Assembly (NCBI GenBank): GCA_963796105.1
Contig: CAWCKJ010000004.1
Coordinates: 960,001 to 1,024,000, forward strand
DNA from: a candidate division FCPU426 bacterium
Lineage (GTDB): Bacteria; Oederibacteriota; Muellerivitia; Muellerivitales; Muellerivitaceae
Length of the DNA: 64,000 nt
Direction: 5' to 3'
Shown: positions 1 through 10,447 of the stretch, in pieces
How positions within the stretch are numbered: the first letter of the stretch is position 1
Layout of the letters: each line of letters opens with the position of its first letter
Program-made: the position numbers and the translations under genes
The notes under the pieces: generated by a model
Databases searched by the model: none
Seen by the model: the letters and a program-made list of their open reading frames with translations, nothing else
Told to the model about the DNA's origin: nothing

Positions 1-2343
1 TCCACGAACACGCCGACCGTGACGGATACCCGCACCCCGACGAACACATTCACGGTGACCAACACACCGACTTCCACGAATACCCCGACAGTCACGAACA
101 GTCCGACCAATAGCCCAACGGTCACAAACACCTACACGCTCACAAATACTCCCACTGTGACAAACACGCCAACGGTGACCAATACCCCGACCCAGACCTA
201 TACCCCGACGGTGACAGGCACTCCCACGAACACGCCGACCGTGACGGATACCCGCACCCCGACGAACACATTCACGGTGACCAACACACCGACTTCCACG
301 AATACCCCGACAGTCACGAACAGTCCGACCAATAGCCCGACGGTCACAAACACCTACACGCCCACAAATACTCCCACTGTGACAAACACGCCAACCGTGA
401 CTAATACCCCGACCCAGACTTCCACCCCAACAGTCACAAACACGCCGACGAATACCCCGACCGTGACGGATACCCGCACGCCGACGAACACATTCACTAT
501 GACTAACACGCCCACAGTCACGAACACACCGACCCAGACCTTCAGCCTGACAGTCACGAACAGTCCGACCAATAGCCCGACGGTCACAAACACCTACACG
601 CCCACAAATACTCCCACCGTGACTAACACGCCAACAGTGACCAATACCGCGACCCAAACGTACACTCCGACTGTGACGAATACGCCAACGAACAGCCCGA
701 CTGCGACGAATAGCTTCACCCCAACCAATAGCTTCACGGTCACCAACACCTTTACACCTACGAATACACCTACTGTCACGAACACCCCCACCGAGACCTT
801 TACTCCGACAGAGACCAATACGCCGACCAATACCCCGACGGTCACAAACACCTACACGCCCACAAATACTCCCACCGTGACTAACACGCCAACAGTGACC
901 AATACCGCGACCCAAACGTACACTCCGACTGTGACGAATACGCCGACGAACAGCCCGACTGCGACGAATAGCTTCACCCCAACCAATAGCTTCACGGTCA
1001 CCAACACCTTTACACCTACGAATACACCCACGGTCACGAACACCCCCACCGAGACCTTTACTCCGACAGAGACCAATACGCCGACCAATACCCCAACGGT
1101 CACAAACACCTACACGCCCACAAATACTCCCACTGTGACTAACACGCCAACAGTGACCAATACCGCGACCCTAACATTCACTCCAACTGTGACGAATACG
1201 CCGACGAACAGCCCGACTGCGACGAATAGCTTCACCCCAACCAATAGCTTCACGGTCACCAACACCTTTACACCTACGAATACACCTACTGTCACGAACA
1301 CCCCCACCGAGACCTTTACTCCGACAGAGACCAATACGCCGACGAATACCCGTACGCCGACGAACACATTCACTATGACTAACACGCCCACAGTCACGAA
1401 CACACCCACCCAGACCTTCACCCCAACGGCGACAAGCACCTCCACTAACAGCCCAACAGCCACGAACACTTTCACCCAAACGAACACACCCACTACCACC
1501 AACACCTGGACCCAGACGAATACGGCGACGATGACGAATACCCCTACTAACACCCCGACTGTGACGAATTCCGCGACCCAAACATTCTCCCCGACCGTGA
1601 CAAACACTCCGACCAACACCCTGACCGCCACGGACACCTTCACGCAAACGAACACTCATACCCCGACTAATACGTCCACGATCACTGATACGCCCACCCT
1701 GACCTTCACCCCGACCGTCACCCCAACCCCCACGAATACCCCGACACCGACCCTGACCAGGACCGTGACCAACACTCCCACGGATTCGATGACGCCTACG
1801 GCATCCCTCACCGCTACGCCTACGGCTTCGCCAACCCTTACTAAAACGCCGACGGTCACGCGGACTCCGACCTTGACCCGCACTCCAACGAAGACTTCCA
1901 CGCCCACTTCCACCCGGACGCCTACACCGACCCGCACCCCCACGAGGACCCCGACACCCACGAAGACCCCCACGCCCACGGTGACGGCTTCCTATACCCC
2001 GACTTTGACCCCGACCCCGACTATCACCAACACGCCGGGGGCGACCTGGACGCCGGAAACCGACATATTCACGGTGACCAAGAACTTGTTCCAGGGCGGG
2101 GAACCGGTCTTCATCACGGTCGGGACCAGCCAATATCCGGGGAACCTGGAATTGAGCGTTTACAACTCGGCGGGGGAACACATCAAGACGCTGGTGGACA
2201 GGTACCTGACGGCGCCTTACACGGGGACCGTTTATTGGGACGGGACCAACAAATTCGGGGACAAGGTCGCGAGCGGGGTTTACATCTTCTACCTGGTGGA
2301 GCCCTTTGACCGCAAAGTGAAGCGGATCATCTTCATCAAGTAG
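1..2343 (+). CDS. Thr/Pro/Asn-repeat (mucin-like) surface protein with C-terminal FlgD-Ig/T9SS-CTD-like domain; 5' end outside window
   Basis: ~680 aa of TPT/TNT repeats, then a ~95-aa domain with [31 protein letters not shown] typical of FlgD-like sorting domains; frame open from base 1. Confidence 0.85.
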   Translation, partial: STNTPTVTDTRTPTNTFTVTNTPTSTNTPTVTNSPTNSPTVTNTYTLTNTPTVTNTPTVTNTPTQTYTPTVTGTPTNTPTVTDTRTPTNTFTVTNTPTSTNTPTVTNSPTNSPTVTNTYTPTNTPTVTNTPTVTNTPTQTSTPTVTNTPTNTPTVTDTRTPTNTFTMTNTPTVTNTPTQTFSLTVTNSPTNSPTVTNTYTPTNTPTVTNTPTVTNTATQTYTPTVTNTPTNSPTATNSFTPTNSFTVTNTFTPTNTPTVTNTPTETFTPTETNTPTNTPTVTNTYTPTNTPTVTNTPTVTNTATQTYTPTVTNTPTNSPTATNSFTPTNSFTVTNTFTPTNTPTVTNTPTETFTPTETNTPTNTPTVTNTYTPTNTPTVTNTPTVTNTATLTFTPTVTNTPTNSPTATNSFTPTNSFTVTNTFTPTNTPTVTNTPTETFTPTETNTPTNTRTPTNTFTMTNTPTVTNTPTQTFTPTATSTSTNSPTATNTFTQTNTPTTTNTWTQTNTATMTNTPTNTPTVTNSATQTFSPTVTNTPTNTLTATDTFTQTNTHTPTNTSTITDTPTLTFTPTVTPTPTNTPTPTLTRTVTNTPTDSMTPTASLTATPTASPTLTKTPTVTRTPTLTRTPTKTSTPTSTRTPTPTRTPTRTPTPTKTPTPTVTASYTPTLTPTPTITNTPGATWTPETDIFTVTKNLFQGGEPVFITVGTSQYPGNLELSVYNSAGEHIKTLVDRYLTAPYTGTVYWDGTNKFGDKVASGVYIFYLVEPFDRKVKRIIFIK
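19..1370 (+). repeat. Intragenic near-exact tandem repeats: 222-bp unit x~3, then 258-bp unit x3
   Basis: gtgacggatacccgcac recurs at 19, 241, 463; blocks starting 594, 852, 1110 give identical antisense peptides in the ORF track. Confidence 0.85.
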
Positions 2344-2437
2344 CCAAGAAGTCCGTCGATATTTCTCCGATCAACCCCGGCAAAATTCCTGTTAACAGAT
2401 GTTCCTTTGCCCATTAACATGGGGTAAAAGGTCATAA

Positions 2438-4030
2438 ATGAATTCTTATAAGCGAAATCCATTTTTAAAAACCCGGGTGATGAACCTCCTCATGGCCGCG
2501 GGCCTGGCGATGGCCTATATTTCCCAGCCTGCCTGGGCTGACGCTTCCAAGACGGAAGAGGGGAAGGACCCCCAATGGGAAGCCTTGGACCCCGGAATGA
2601 TGCCGGTGGTGAGGGTATTTTACGGGACGGACCGGATGCCCATCCCCGGGGGAACAGGCGCCCAATACGGGAACGGAAAAGGGGACGGTCAAATCCACTA
2701 TGGCAAGGCCGAGGCGGTTTTAGCCGTCAACTACCGGCGGAATCCTTCCAAGTACAGTAGCTGGCTGGGTTTCCAGCCGGGCAAACCGGACAGCCCTTCC
2801 AAAGTGGGGTTCCAGGAAATCCCGGAAGGGGCCTTCAAGCGGGAGATCGGGAAGGATAAATCCAAGGCCACTTTTATTTTCATTCACGGTTATAACAACA
2901 GTTTCCAGAGCGCCGCCTTCCGGACGGCGAAAATCGCCTATGACCTTCAACTCCAGGGCACGCCCCTCATGTACAGCTGGCCTTCCGCCAATTCCTTGTT
3001 TGGATTCGGCCAGGACCTGGAGGGGGCCGATAGCCCCGAATCGGTGGGCCATTGCGCGGACTTCCTTAGGCTGGTGTTACGGCACTCGGCCTCCGGAAAG
3101 GTGAATCTCCTGGCCCACAGCATGGGAAGCAGGATCCTCTGCAAGGCCCTCTTGAAAATGGACCGGCGGGACTTTCACAGGCTTGGCTCCGTCATTCTGA
3201 TCGCCCCGGAGATCGATGTGAGGGATTTCAAGGAGATGTATTTCGGAAAGGGCGGCCTGCTCGGGAAATGCGGCAGGAAGCACCCCTTCCTGGTTTACGC
3301 CTCGGGCCAGGATTACGTCCTTCTCACGGCTGACGCCCTCGGCGGGGGCAAGCGCCTGGGCCAGGGCGGGAAACACGCTCCCGCGATTGAGGGGCTGACC
3401 ACCATCGACGCCACCCAAGTCTCCGTGGATTGGGGTCTCGGCCATGAGCTGGACCACCATGACGGCGTCATCAACGACCTTTACCTGTACCTGAACCAGG
3501 GCCTGCCGGAATCCCGGAGGCTACTGACCCTTAGGCCCAAGCGCGGCGAGTCCACTTACGAGCTGTTCGACGGGGTCCAGGAAATCCGGAAACCCTGGAA
3601 CTATTCCTACGCCGTGGGGGGGCAGGCGGGACTCCAGGACGAGTCCGTCAAGGTGAGCTGGTTTTGCCTGGGGAATTACCTCCAGCCCTGGCTGGCCTTG
3701 AACCGGGGATTCCTCAACCCCGAGCTGGACCTCAGGTTGAACCTGTCAGATGGGGAATGGCGGCCCTATCTCCAAGCTGGGATCGCTTCTTACCGGACCA
3801 GTAACTTGGACACCCTAGCCGGCGCCGGGGCCCTGAGGTTCGGCGGGGGATTGGAGAGGATTTTCGAGACGGGGTGGGCTGTGGGGCTGGAAATCGACGG
3901 GATGGATAAGTTGTGGCCCTCGGGGGCCATCGCCCAGGACGCGGTATTGGATTCACTCTTCAACAACAGGAACTTCCCATGGGACCAGATCCACCTTCAA
4001 TTGACGAAGTATTTCGACATTGATATATGA
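2438..4030 (+). CDS. Secreted alpha/beta hydrolase (DUF900-like) with C-terminal outer-membrane beta-barrel-like region
   Basis: Signal peptide (AWA), VFYGTDR, FIHGYN, YSWPS, AHSMG nucleophile elbow; last ~140 aa have amphipathic beta-strands (RPYLQAGI, FGGGLE). Confidence 0.75.
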   Translation: MNSYKRNPFLKTRVMNLLMAAGLAMAYISQPAWADASKTEEGKDPQWEALDPGMMPVVRVFYGTDRMPIPGGTGAQYGNGKGDGQIHYGKAEAVLAVNYRRNPSKYSSWLGFQPGKPDSPSKVGFQEIPEGAFKREIGKDKSKATFIFIHGYNNSFQSAAFRTAKIAYDLQLQGTPLMYSWPSANSLFGFGQDLEGADSPESVGHCADFLRLVLRHSASGKVNLLAHSMGSRILCKALLKMDRRDFHRLGSVILIAPEIDVRDFKEMYFGKGGLLGKCGRKHPFLVYASGQDYVLLTADALGGGKRLGQGGKHAPAIEGLTTIDATQVSVDWGLGHELDHHDGVINDLYLYLNQGLPESRRLLTLRPKRGESTYELFDGVQEIRKPWNYSYAVGGQAGLQDESVKVSWFCLGNYLQPWLALNRGFLNPELDLRLNLSDGEWRPYLQAGIASYRTSNLDTLAGAGALRFGGGLERIFETGWAVGLEIDGMDKLWPSGAIAQDAVLDSLFNNRNFPWDQIHLQLTKYFDIDI

Positions 4031-4236
4031 GGAGCGGCCCTTACCGGTAAGCAGAGATAAACAGTCCACATTTCAACGGAAATTCCTCCGATATAAACAA
4101 AGGGCCCTCCCCATGAATATTTTCAAGACCATCTTTCTTTTAAGGAACAACCCTCCCTAAGCTTGTGAATAGGCAGGGTGACGCCCACATGGCCTAAAAC
4201 AGCCGTTAAACCAGGTTTGAATAAAGGGGGAGAAAG

Positions 4237-5258
4237 ATGGAAGGAGATAAAAACATGGATAACCCAAGCTCCACCAGGGAGTTCGTCATTACCCGAGTTT
4301 TCAAGGCGCCCAGGGATTTGGTCTTCAGGGCTTGGACTGAGACGGACCGGATTGGCCGGTGGTCCAGCCCCAAGGGAGTCTCCATTAAAAGCGTCAGGAT
4401 GGATTTGCGGCCTGGCGGCATCCTTCATACCTGCATGATCACCCCTGACCAGGCTGAAATGTGGGGGAAGTGGGTGTTCCGGAAAATCGTCCCGCCCGCG
4501 GAACTCGTTTATGTCAATTCCTTCTCCAATGAGAAGGGGGGCTTAACCCGCCATCCCATGAATTCCCAATGGCCCTTGGAGCTGCTGACCACCGTCCTTC
4601 TCAAGGACTTGGGTCGGGAAACGGAAATCACGCTCAAGTGGATCCCCATCAACCCGGCCCAGGGGGAAGTAAGCGTCTTTGAAAGCGCCATGGAAGGGAT
4701 GAAAGCCGGCTGGTCCGGAACCTTCGACCAGCTGGAGGAATACTTGGCGGAAGCCGGGAAAGAAAAAGGGCCACATCCCTTGGACCTTAAACTCACCCGG
4801 ACGGTAAGGGCCTCCAGGGAAAAGGTATTCGAGGCCTTCACCCAAGCGGAGCACCTCGTCCATTGGTGGGCTCCGGGGGGTTGACCATGCCCCAATGCGA
4901 GGTTGACTTGCGGCCGGGCGGTGCCTGGCGTTACAGCTTCCGCTCGCCCGAGGGCTGGGAGCATGGCTGCGTCGCCGTTTATTCGGAGGTGGTTCCGCCC
5001 CGAAGGCTTGTCATGGAAAGCCATGTTCCCGGGAAGGACGGCCAGCCGATATTCAGGATCAGGCAAATCATCACCCTTGAGGAAAAAGGGGAAGGGACCG
5101 AGGTGAACTTGGAGGCGAAAATCCTCCTGGCCAACCCCGGGTCGGAGCCTTATCTCGCCGGGATGAGGGAAGGCACGAACCAGACTTTGGACAACCTCGT
5201 GGCATACCTGTCCAAGCCGTCCGCCGGCGTCCTCAGCGGAAATACGCCCAAAACATAA
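4237..5258 (+). pseudogene. Tandem SRPBCC (AHSA1) domain protein split by a frameshift at G6 4875-4880
   Basis: First ORF ends HWWAPGG*, second continues LTMPQCEVDLRPGG; one extra G fuses them into a two-domain protein (real start may be 4255). Confidence 0.75.
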
Positions 5259-5269
5259 AACTGGTTTTG

Positions 5270-5520
5270 AACCGGCTATTCCGCCGGGAGGACCAGGTAT
5301 TCCGCAAGCCGGTGGAGGATATTCCGCCGGTAGGGCCGGATGTTCTTGGGGTCGGTGGGGGCCATTCCTCCTGTGGCTGGGGGATATTCCCTTGGTACGA
5401 CCAGGTAATCCTCCGGCTTGTAGGGGCTATTCCGGCGGCTGGCCAGGTATTTTCCCGGCATGACCAGATATTCCGGGGATCGTTGGGTGCCATTCCCTCG
5501 TACGAGGCCGGATGGAATAG
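5270..5520. repeat. Degenerate TATTCC-core motif array, period ~21.4 bp
   Basis: Cores at 5277, 5298, 5320, 5341, 5363, 5385, 5406, 5428, 5448, 5469, 5491. Confidence 0.75.
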
Positions 5521-5657
5521 GGTGATGGGACTCGAATAATTGGAACAAAGGCGTGACTCCTTGGTAAAAGCCAAAAGACCCGAAACTTCCAAGACTGTCA
5601 ATCCTATCAAAATTTAAAAGTTAATTCGACTTTGGCAAATTGCGGGTTGCCTCGCGT

Positions 5658-5741
5658 TTCCCCCTCTGAAAGAGGGGGAATAAGGGGAAGTTAGCCTTTT
5701 ATCAACAACTAATACCCCCCCACCCCCCTTTTTCAAAGGGG
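5658..5741. repeat. REP-like palindromic element (CCCCCTCT-GAA-AGAGGGGG ... CCCCCCTTTTTCAAAGGGG)
   Basis: Inverted homologue at 7271-7419; partial copy near 5843-5860. Confidence 0.65.
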
Positions 5742-6033
5742 CTTATATAGTTAACTCCCTTTTCCTTCTTTTGCCTTCTTTTTTTCAGGCGTTTTTTGTT
5801 TATTTGCGGGCATATCGTCCTTTCGGGAGTGAAGTAAATAAGTCCCTTTTCAAAGGGGGGCAAAGAATTCGTGAAATGCACTTTCCGTATAGGCATGTAG
5901 GATTTTCTTTGAATCCCATTTATCCCATGCATGCCGAACCTCAATTAAGCTTTTATAGAAAGTTCGGTATCGTATCGATTTCCTTAACTGCTTTATGGGG
6001 AATCGGTACATCTGTGGCGAAAATTCTTTCGAT

Positions 6034-7116
6034 TCAATTCCAAATCACATCCAATGTAGCCGTGCCTTTCACCGAAAGCCTCATGACGATTCCCTCGTTG
6101 TCGGCGTAACCCCCTATCACCTTGAAGGATTTCACTTTGGTTTTGAGGCTGGTATAGCGGCTGAGGGGCCGGTTCAAGGCCTTGTTCATGATTGCCTTAT
6201 ACTCATCCAATTTATAGCCGATGGGGAGCTTGGTGATCTGCCGGAGGGCCTTCTTGAAATCCGATTTGTGCATCCAATCGGCGATTTCAAGCAAGAGGTC
6301 ACTGGACTTGATGTCGTAATCCAGGTCCGGAAAGTCGAACATCCGGCGTTTCGGGTGGTAATGGGGGGTGCCCTTCAAATAAACCGTCAGCCTGGCCGGC
6401 TTTCCCGAGAGGTTGATCACGGGGTTGTAGTGCAATTTCGCCTCCGCGACCACCTTGCCTCCCGATCCGTAAAAGCGGATCCCGTCAAGGGTCAGCTTGC
6501 TGCTTCCCGTGCCGGGCAAAACCCTGCGGGTGAGTTTCTGCCGGGGGTCCCGGAAAAAGGCGTTGATTTCCTTATAACTGATGCGGGTATTGCTCGTGGC
6601 CTGGAAGACGGGGGGGCCGGGCTTGAAGGCCTGGAGAGGCGGCATTTTCCTGGGGGCGGATTCTGGTTTGGGCCCGAAGACGATCTCGGGCCTGGCGTTC
6701 ATTTCCAGGATCGTGTGAAGGGTCGAGGCCTTCTTGCGGTCGGTCCTCATCCTCCCGACGCTGAGGGTCTCGGGCCGGATCAAGAGCCAGATGCCCTTAT
6801 CCAAGAAGATGGGGTCCTGCATTTCCTCCCAGAGGTCCGAGAGGTGGGAGTTCAATTGGAGTCCGGGCAGGATCACCAGGTAAGGCAGCAAGGGCTTCAG
6901 CTCACCCTTGAAAAAGTTGGTGACGTGCCGGAAGAGGCCGCCTCCTTTGGGAAAGACGATCTCCACCGGCAGGCGCACCAGGGCTGGCTTGACCGCGGGG
7001 AAGCTCCGGGCCGGGGCCGGGAGCACTTTCACGAAATGGGAGGGGACCGTGGCGCACCCGGTCGAGAGGGTTAAAAGGACCGATAGAAAAACCAGCCGGA
7101 CAGCGCTATTCGGCAT
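6034..7116 (-). CDS. DUF4403-like lipoprotein
   Basis: Lipobox STGC, 360 aa, YLKGTPHY..FPDLDYDIKS motif resembling DUF4403. Confidence 0.6.
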   Translation of the reverse strand: MPNSAVRLVFLSVLLTLSTGCATVPSHFVKVLPAPARSFPAVKPALVRLPVEIVFPKGGGLFRHVTNFFKGELKPLLPYLVILPGLQLNSHLSDLWEEMQDPIFLDKGIWLLIRPETLSVGRMRTDRKKASTLHTILEMNARPEIVFGPKPESAPRKMPPLQAFKPGPPVFQATSNTRISYKEINAFFRDPRQKLTRRVLPGTGSSKLTLDGIRFYGSGGKVVAEAKLHYNPVINLSGKPARLTVYLKGTPHYHPKRRMFDFPDLDYDIKSSDLLLEIADWMHKSDFKKALRQITKLPIGYKLDEYKAIMNKALNRPLSRYTSLKTKVKSFKVIGGYADNEGIVMRLSVKGTATLDVIWN

Positions 7117-7270
7117 AACCTTTTCCCCCGTCGTTTCACCGCATGAACAACCCTGTTAATGATTGGGACCCTGTACTCCAGCCTTGCCAAAGTAGCATAA
7201 TGCGATAGGTTTTTGCATGAGGTACTTTTAGCACCTATCTCAAAATACCTACTAAGCGGACGATAGCGGA

Positions 7271-7419
7271 TTCCCCCCTTTGAAAAAGGGGGGAGGGGGG
7301 TATTAGCTTTTGTTGTGTAACACCCAGAGGCTAACTTCCCCTCAATCCCCCTCTTTCATACTGTTCCTCATATAAATTTAAAAAATGAGAACAGCATAGT
7401 GCTTTAGCACAGAGGGGGA
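7271..7419. repeat. REP-like palindromic element, inverted copy of 5658-5741 with an extra internal hairpin
   Basis: Reverse complement shares gaaagaggggga..aggggaagttagcc and ctaataccccc..cccccctttttcaaagggg. Confidence 0.65.
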
Positions 7420-7513
7420 GGGGATCTATTGTTCGTGGTTCGCAGAATAAGCAAAATTGATTTTGATATAAGTCCTGACATTTTACGATTTATATCACTT
7501 GAGGGAGTTTTCC

Positions 7514-7975
7514 ATGTCAGCTCGACGCGAATTGAGGTTCAAGACCCTGGATGACGCCAGGCGGGAATTGGCCCTTTTGGAGAAGGGTCCAGTGGCCACG
7601 ACTGGGAACTGGAACTATTTCCAGATTCTGACCCATTGCGCCACCTCCCTGGAGGGAACGATGAAGGGGGTGAAGAGGGAAATGTCCTGGTGGAGAAGAC
7701 ACGTCTCGGGGCCCCTGGGGGCCAGAAAAGTGATGTCCCAGGGTTTTATCCCAGCCGGAGTCAACGCCGTCATGAATCCGACTTTTGAGAAGCTTGAGGG
7801 GGACGAGAAAGAGGCCCTGGCCCGTTTGAGGAAAGCCATGGAGGATTTTGAGAAATTCGAGGGCGTCTTGAGCGAGCATCCAAGGTTCGGCCCGCTTAAA
7901 AAGAAGAAATGGGTCCATTTCCACGCCATGCATTTGGCGAACCACCTGGGATTCGCCAAACTCAAGGAATCATAG
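7514..7975 (+). CDS. DUF1569 / DinB-like protein
   Basis: RRELRF..TGNWNYFQILTHC..HPRFGPL..W..FHAMHLANHLGF; RBS GAGGGAG before ATG 7514. Confidence 0.75.
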   Translation: MSARRELRFKTLDDARRELALLEKGPVATTGNWNYFQILTHCATSLEGTMKGVKREMSWWRRHVSGPLGARKVMSQGFIPAGVNAVMNPTFEKLEGDEKEALARLRKAMEDFEKFEGVLSEHPRFGPLKKKKWVHFHAMHLANHLGFAKLKES

Positions 7976-8065
7976 CCATTCAAGGTATACAAAATCCAGG
8001 AAACAAAGGTAAATAAAATCAGATATTTTTGTTTCTAAAAGGCGTTAAGCAAAATCAAATCTTTT

Positions 8066-8348
8066 GCCACGGATTCAGGGGATACAGGGGATGGCTATAA
8101 ATCAATTCAATATAAACGACAATTTCACCCAGATTTATTTGAAACCACAGAATACAGGGTTATAAAACCAACAACTAAATTTGGAAATTTGTTTTAGATC
8201 ATAACAAGAGCAGTGCTCTTGCGCCCATTGGGCGTTATGGTCAAGCCTGAGGACCTTGGAAAAATTAATTTTTCCATTGACCGTCAGCTGGACCATAGAA
8301 CGTGATCGAAATGCGTTTTAAATCCCATGTATCCCATGCATCTGTGGC
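8066..8348. repeat. MITE-like element with GCCACGGAT...ATCTGTGGC ends and a structured interior
   Basis: Terminal inverted repeat, ggatacaggggat/atcccatgtatcc arms, perfect 20-bp palindrome at 8257-8276. Confidence 0.5.
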
Positions 8349-8481
8349 TAGAGTCGATTAAGGACAGGTGTTTAAAGGAATAAGTAACGCCAGTCGATAA
8401 ATTCGGATTAGGTTTTCATCCTTAATTGCCTATATTTATTGATCATTTGAGGAAGCCTGCCGTTCCTTGCATAATAAGGCC

Positions 8482-10299
8482 ATGCGCCAGGCCAAATTCC
8501 CCCAGGGTTTCGTCTCTCCCACCGTCCAGATCTTCCGGGCTTTCGAGGCGATCTTTAACAACTTCCGCTACTACACAGGGATGTCCTGCTACCTGGTCCC
8601 CAAGGACAACCCGGACCAATGGATCTGCCTCCAGCCCTCCCCGAACAATTACGGAATCAACGAATTCGAGGACAGGTTCGGGCCCCGCCTGGACCGCGCC
8701 AAGTACAACCAGAGGAATTTCAAGAAGGCAGCCAGGAGCAAGCGCGCGGTTTGTTCCACCCATTCGGGATTCTTTGATTTTTGCGTCCCGGTCTTGAACA
8801 GGGGCAAGTGCATCGGTTTCATCGTATCGGGTTATTTCACTAAAAAGGTCGCTGACCGCGGGGAACTGGAGCGCCAATGGGAAATATGGACCGGCAAGAA
8901 GCCCCTTTCGGATGATACGGATTTCAAACGCTTCGTCCTGAACGCCTTGAACATGCCCCTCTTGGACGGACCCCAAGCAAACGCGCACCGGGAGCTCCTC
9001 GAGATGGCGGCCTCGCTCATTTCCGGCGAGGGAAACCCCGAGGGAATCATCTTCCGGGCCACGGATCTGAACCACAAGGTCTTCACGAAATGGAAACTGA
9101 ACAAGGGCTGGCCCATGAAGGCCCTGGGATTGGATTTGCCCCCCTCGGACCGGTCCTGGACGGACAAGGAATTCGGCGAGACCGACAGGATCGTCACCAA
9201 GATCAAGAGGAAGCCGGTGATGGGCATGGCCCTTTTGTTGGTGGAGGAGCCGGACGATTACCTGGACGAGGTGGACGCCATGATCCGGCAGAAGCGCCTC
9301 GAGCGGGAGGGCTTTTTCCACGCCCAACGGCTGGGCGAGACGGTGGCTTTCCCCCTGTGGGACGAGGGCCTGGTGTTCCTCACCTCGCCCCGCCCCGGGT
9401 CCAACCCGACCCAGGCCCGGCTTCAATTGAGGGACAAGGCCAGGTCCATCGCGGAAAAGATGGGGAAGCTTTTCGGGACCCGCGCCCTGGTCGGCGTCGG
9501 GTCCATAATGCCTGGGGCCGAGTCGCTGAATCCCTCCTGCCAGGAGGCCTTCCAAGCCCTGCAATGGGCCATCCACCAGGACAAGGACATTATTTTTTAC
9601 GAGGAGATCGAGCCGCTGGAAACCAAACCGCCTGGGAAGGGAAAGCCCTGGCCCGACGCCCAGGCCCTGGTGGAGGCCTGCCTGAGGGGATCGAGGGCCG
9701 AGAAGGCGTTCGTGCTGGACCATTACCTCGGCGACGTCCTGCGCCAGACCGCCGAGCGCCCCGACCTGGTGCGGGTGCACCTCATCGACGCCCTTTCGCT
9801 TTACGCCTCGTCGCTGGAAAAGGCGCTGCTTCTTCCGTCCGGGCGCCTCTCAAGCTTCCTCAGGGAATGGGTCCCCCGCTTGGAAAAACTGAGGGCCACC
9901 CATGAACTCTTCGGAACTTTCAAGACCGCGGTCCAGGTGTTCACGGAATTCTCGAAGGACCCGCCGGCCGCGGAGAGGGAGGCCACCGTCCAGGAACTGA
10001 AGGCCTACGTGGCCGAGCACTTCCGGTCGGCCTTGAGGGCGGACAGCGCCGCCAGGCAGATGGGCCTCTCCCGGGCCACCTTCTACCGCCTGGTCCGGAA
10101 ATGGATCGGGATGGGGTTCAACGAATACGTCAAGAAGGTCCGGCTGGAGGAGGCGAAGCGCCTTTTGCGCACCGGCCGTGACAGCGTCGCGCGGGTCGCC
10201 CAGGAATGCGGCTTTTCCTCCAGCGGTTATTTCATCTGGGTTTTCAAGGAAGCCACGAAGCGGACACCCCAGCAGTACCGGAACAACCCCGACGCATAG
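8482..10299 (+). CDS. AraC-family regulator with N-terminal PocR-like sensor domain
   Basis: CSTHSGFFDFCVPV..GFIVSGYF (PocR-like); C-terminal AraC HTH VAQECGFSSSGYF..FKEATKRTPQQYR. Confidence 0.8.
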   Translation: MRQAKFPQGFVSPTVQIFRAFEAIFNNFRYYTGMSCYLVPKDNPDQWICLQPSPNNYGINEFEDRFGPRLDRAKYNQRNFKKAARSKRAVCSTHSGFFDFCVPVLNRGKCIGFIVSGYFTKKVADRGELERQWEIWTGKKPLSDDTDFKRFVLNALNMPLLDGPQANAHRELLEMAASLISGEGNPEGIIFRATDLNHKVFTKWKLNKGWPMKALGLDLPPSDRSWTDKEFGETDRIVTKIKRKPVMGMALLLVEEPDDYLDEVDAMIRQKRLEREGFFHAQRLGETVAFPLWDEGLVFLTSPRPGSNPTQARLQLRDKARSIAEKMGKLFGTRALVGVGSIMPGAESLNPSCQEAFQALQWAIHQDKDIIFYEEIEPLETKPPGKGKPWPDAQALVEACLRGSRAEKAFVLDHYLGDVLRQTAERPDLVRVHLIDALSLYASSLEKALLLPSGRLSSFLREWVPRLEKLRATHELFGTFKTAVQVFTEFSKDPPAAEREATVQELKAYVAEHFRSALRADSAARQMGLSRATFYRLVRKWIGMGFNEYVKKVRLEEAKRLLRTGRDSVARVAQECGFSSSGYFIWVFKEATKRTPQQYRNNPDA

Positions 10300-10447
10300 C
10301 GCCGGATAAGCAAACCGGCCAAAACCTTTAAATTGGCCATAAATTCAGCTTAGGCTGATACTAAATCGTCATTCTAATGAATCATTATCTGAATTCCTCA
10401 ATTCCCTCCGGTGGTAGTCTTAGAGTTACTAACAAGAATTAAAGTCC

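Noticed and set aside
5270..5520. CRISPR array
   Set aside because: Conserved core only ~6-8 bp, period ~21 bp, no cas genes in window
5233..5610. Small ORFs over the phased array
   Set aside because: Motif spacing of 20-22 bp changes frame and no family is recognisable
5995..9780. Long opposite-strand ORFs (5995-7074, 8443-9780; likewise 30640-31740)
   Set aside because: Antisense shadows of well-supported GC-rich genes
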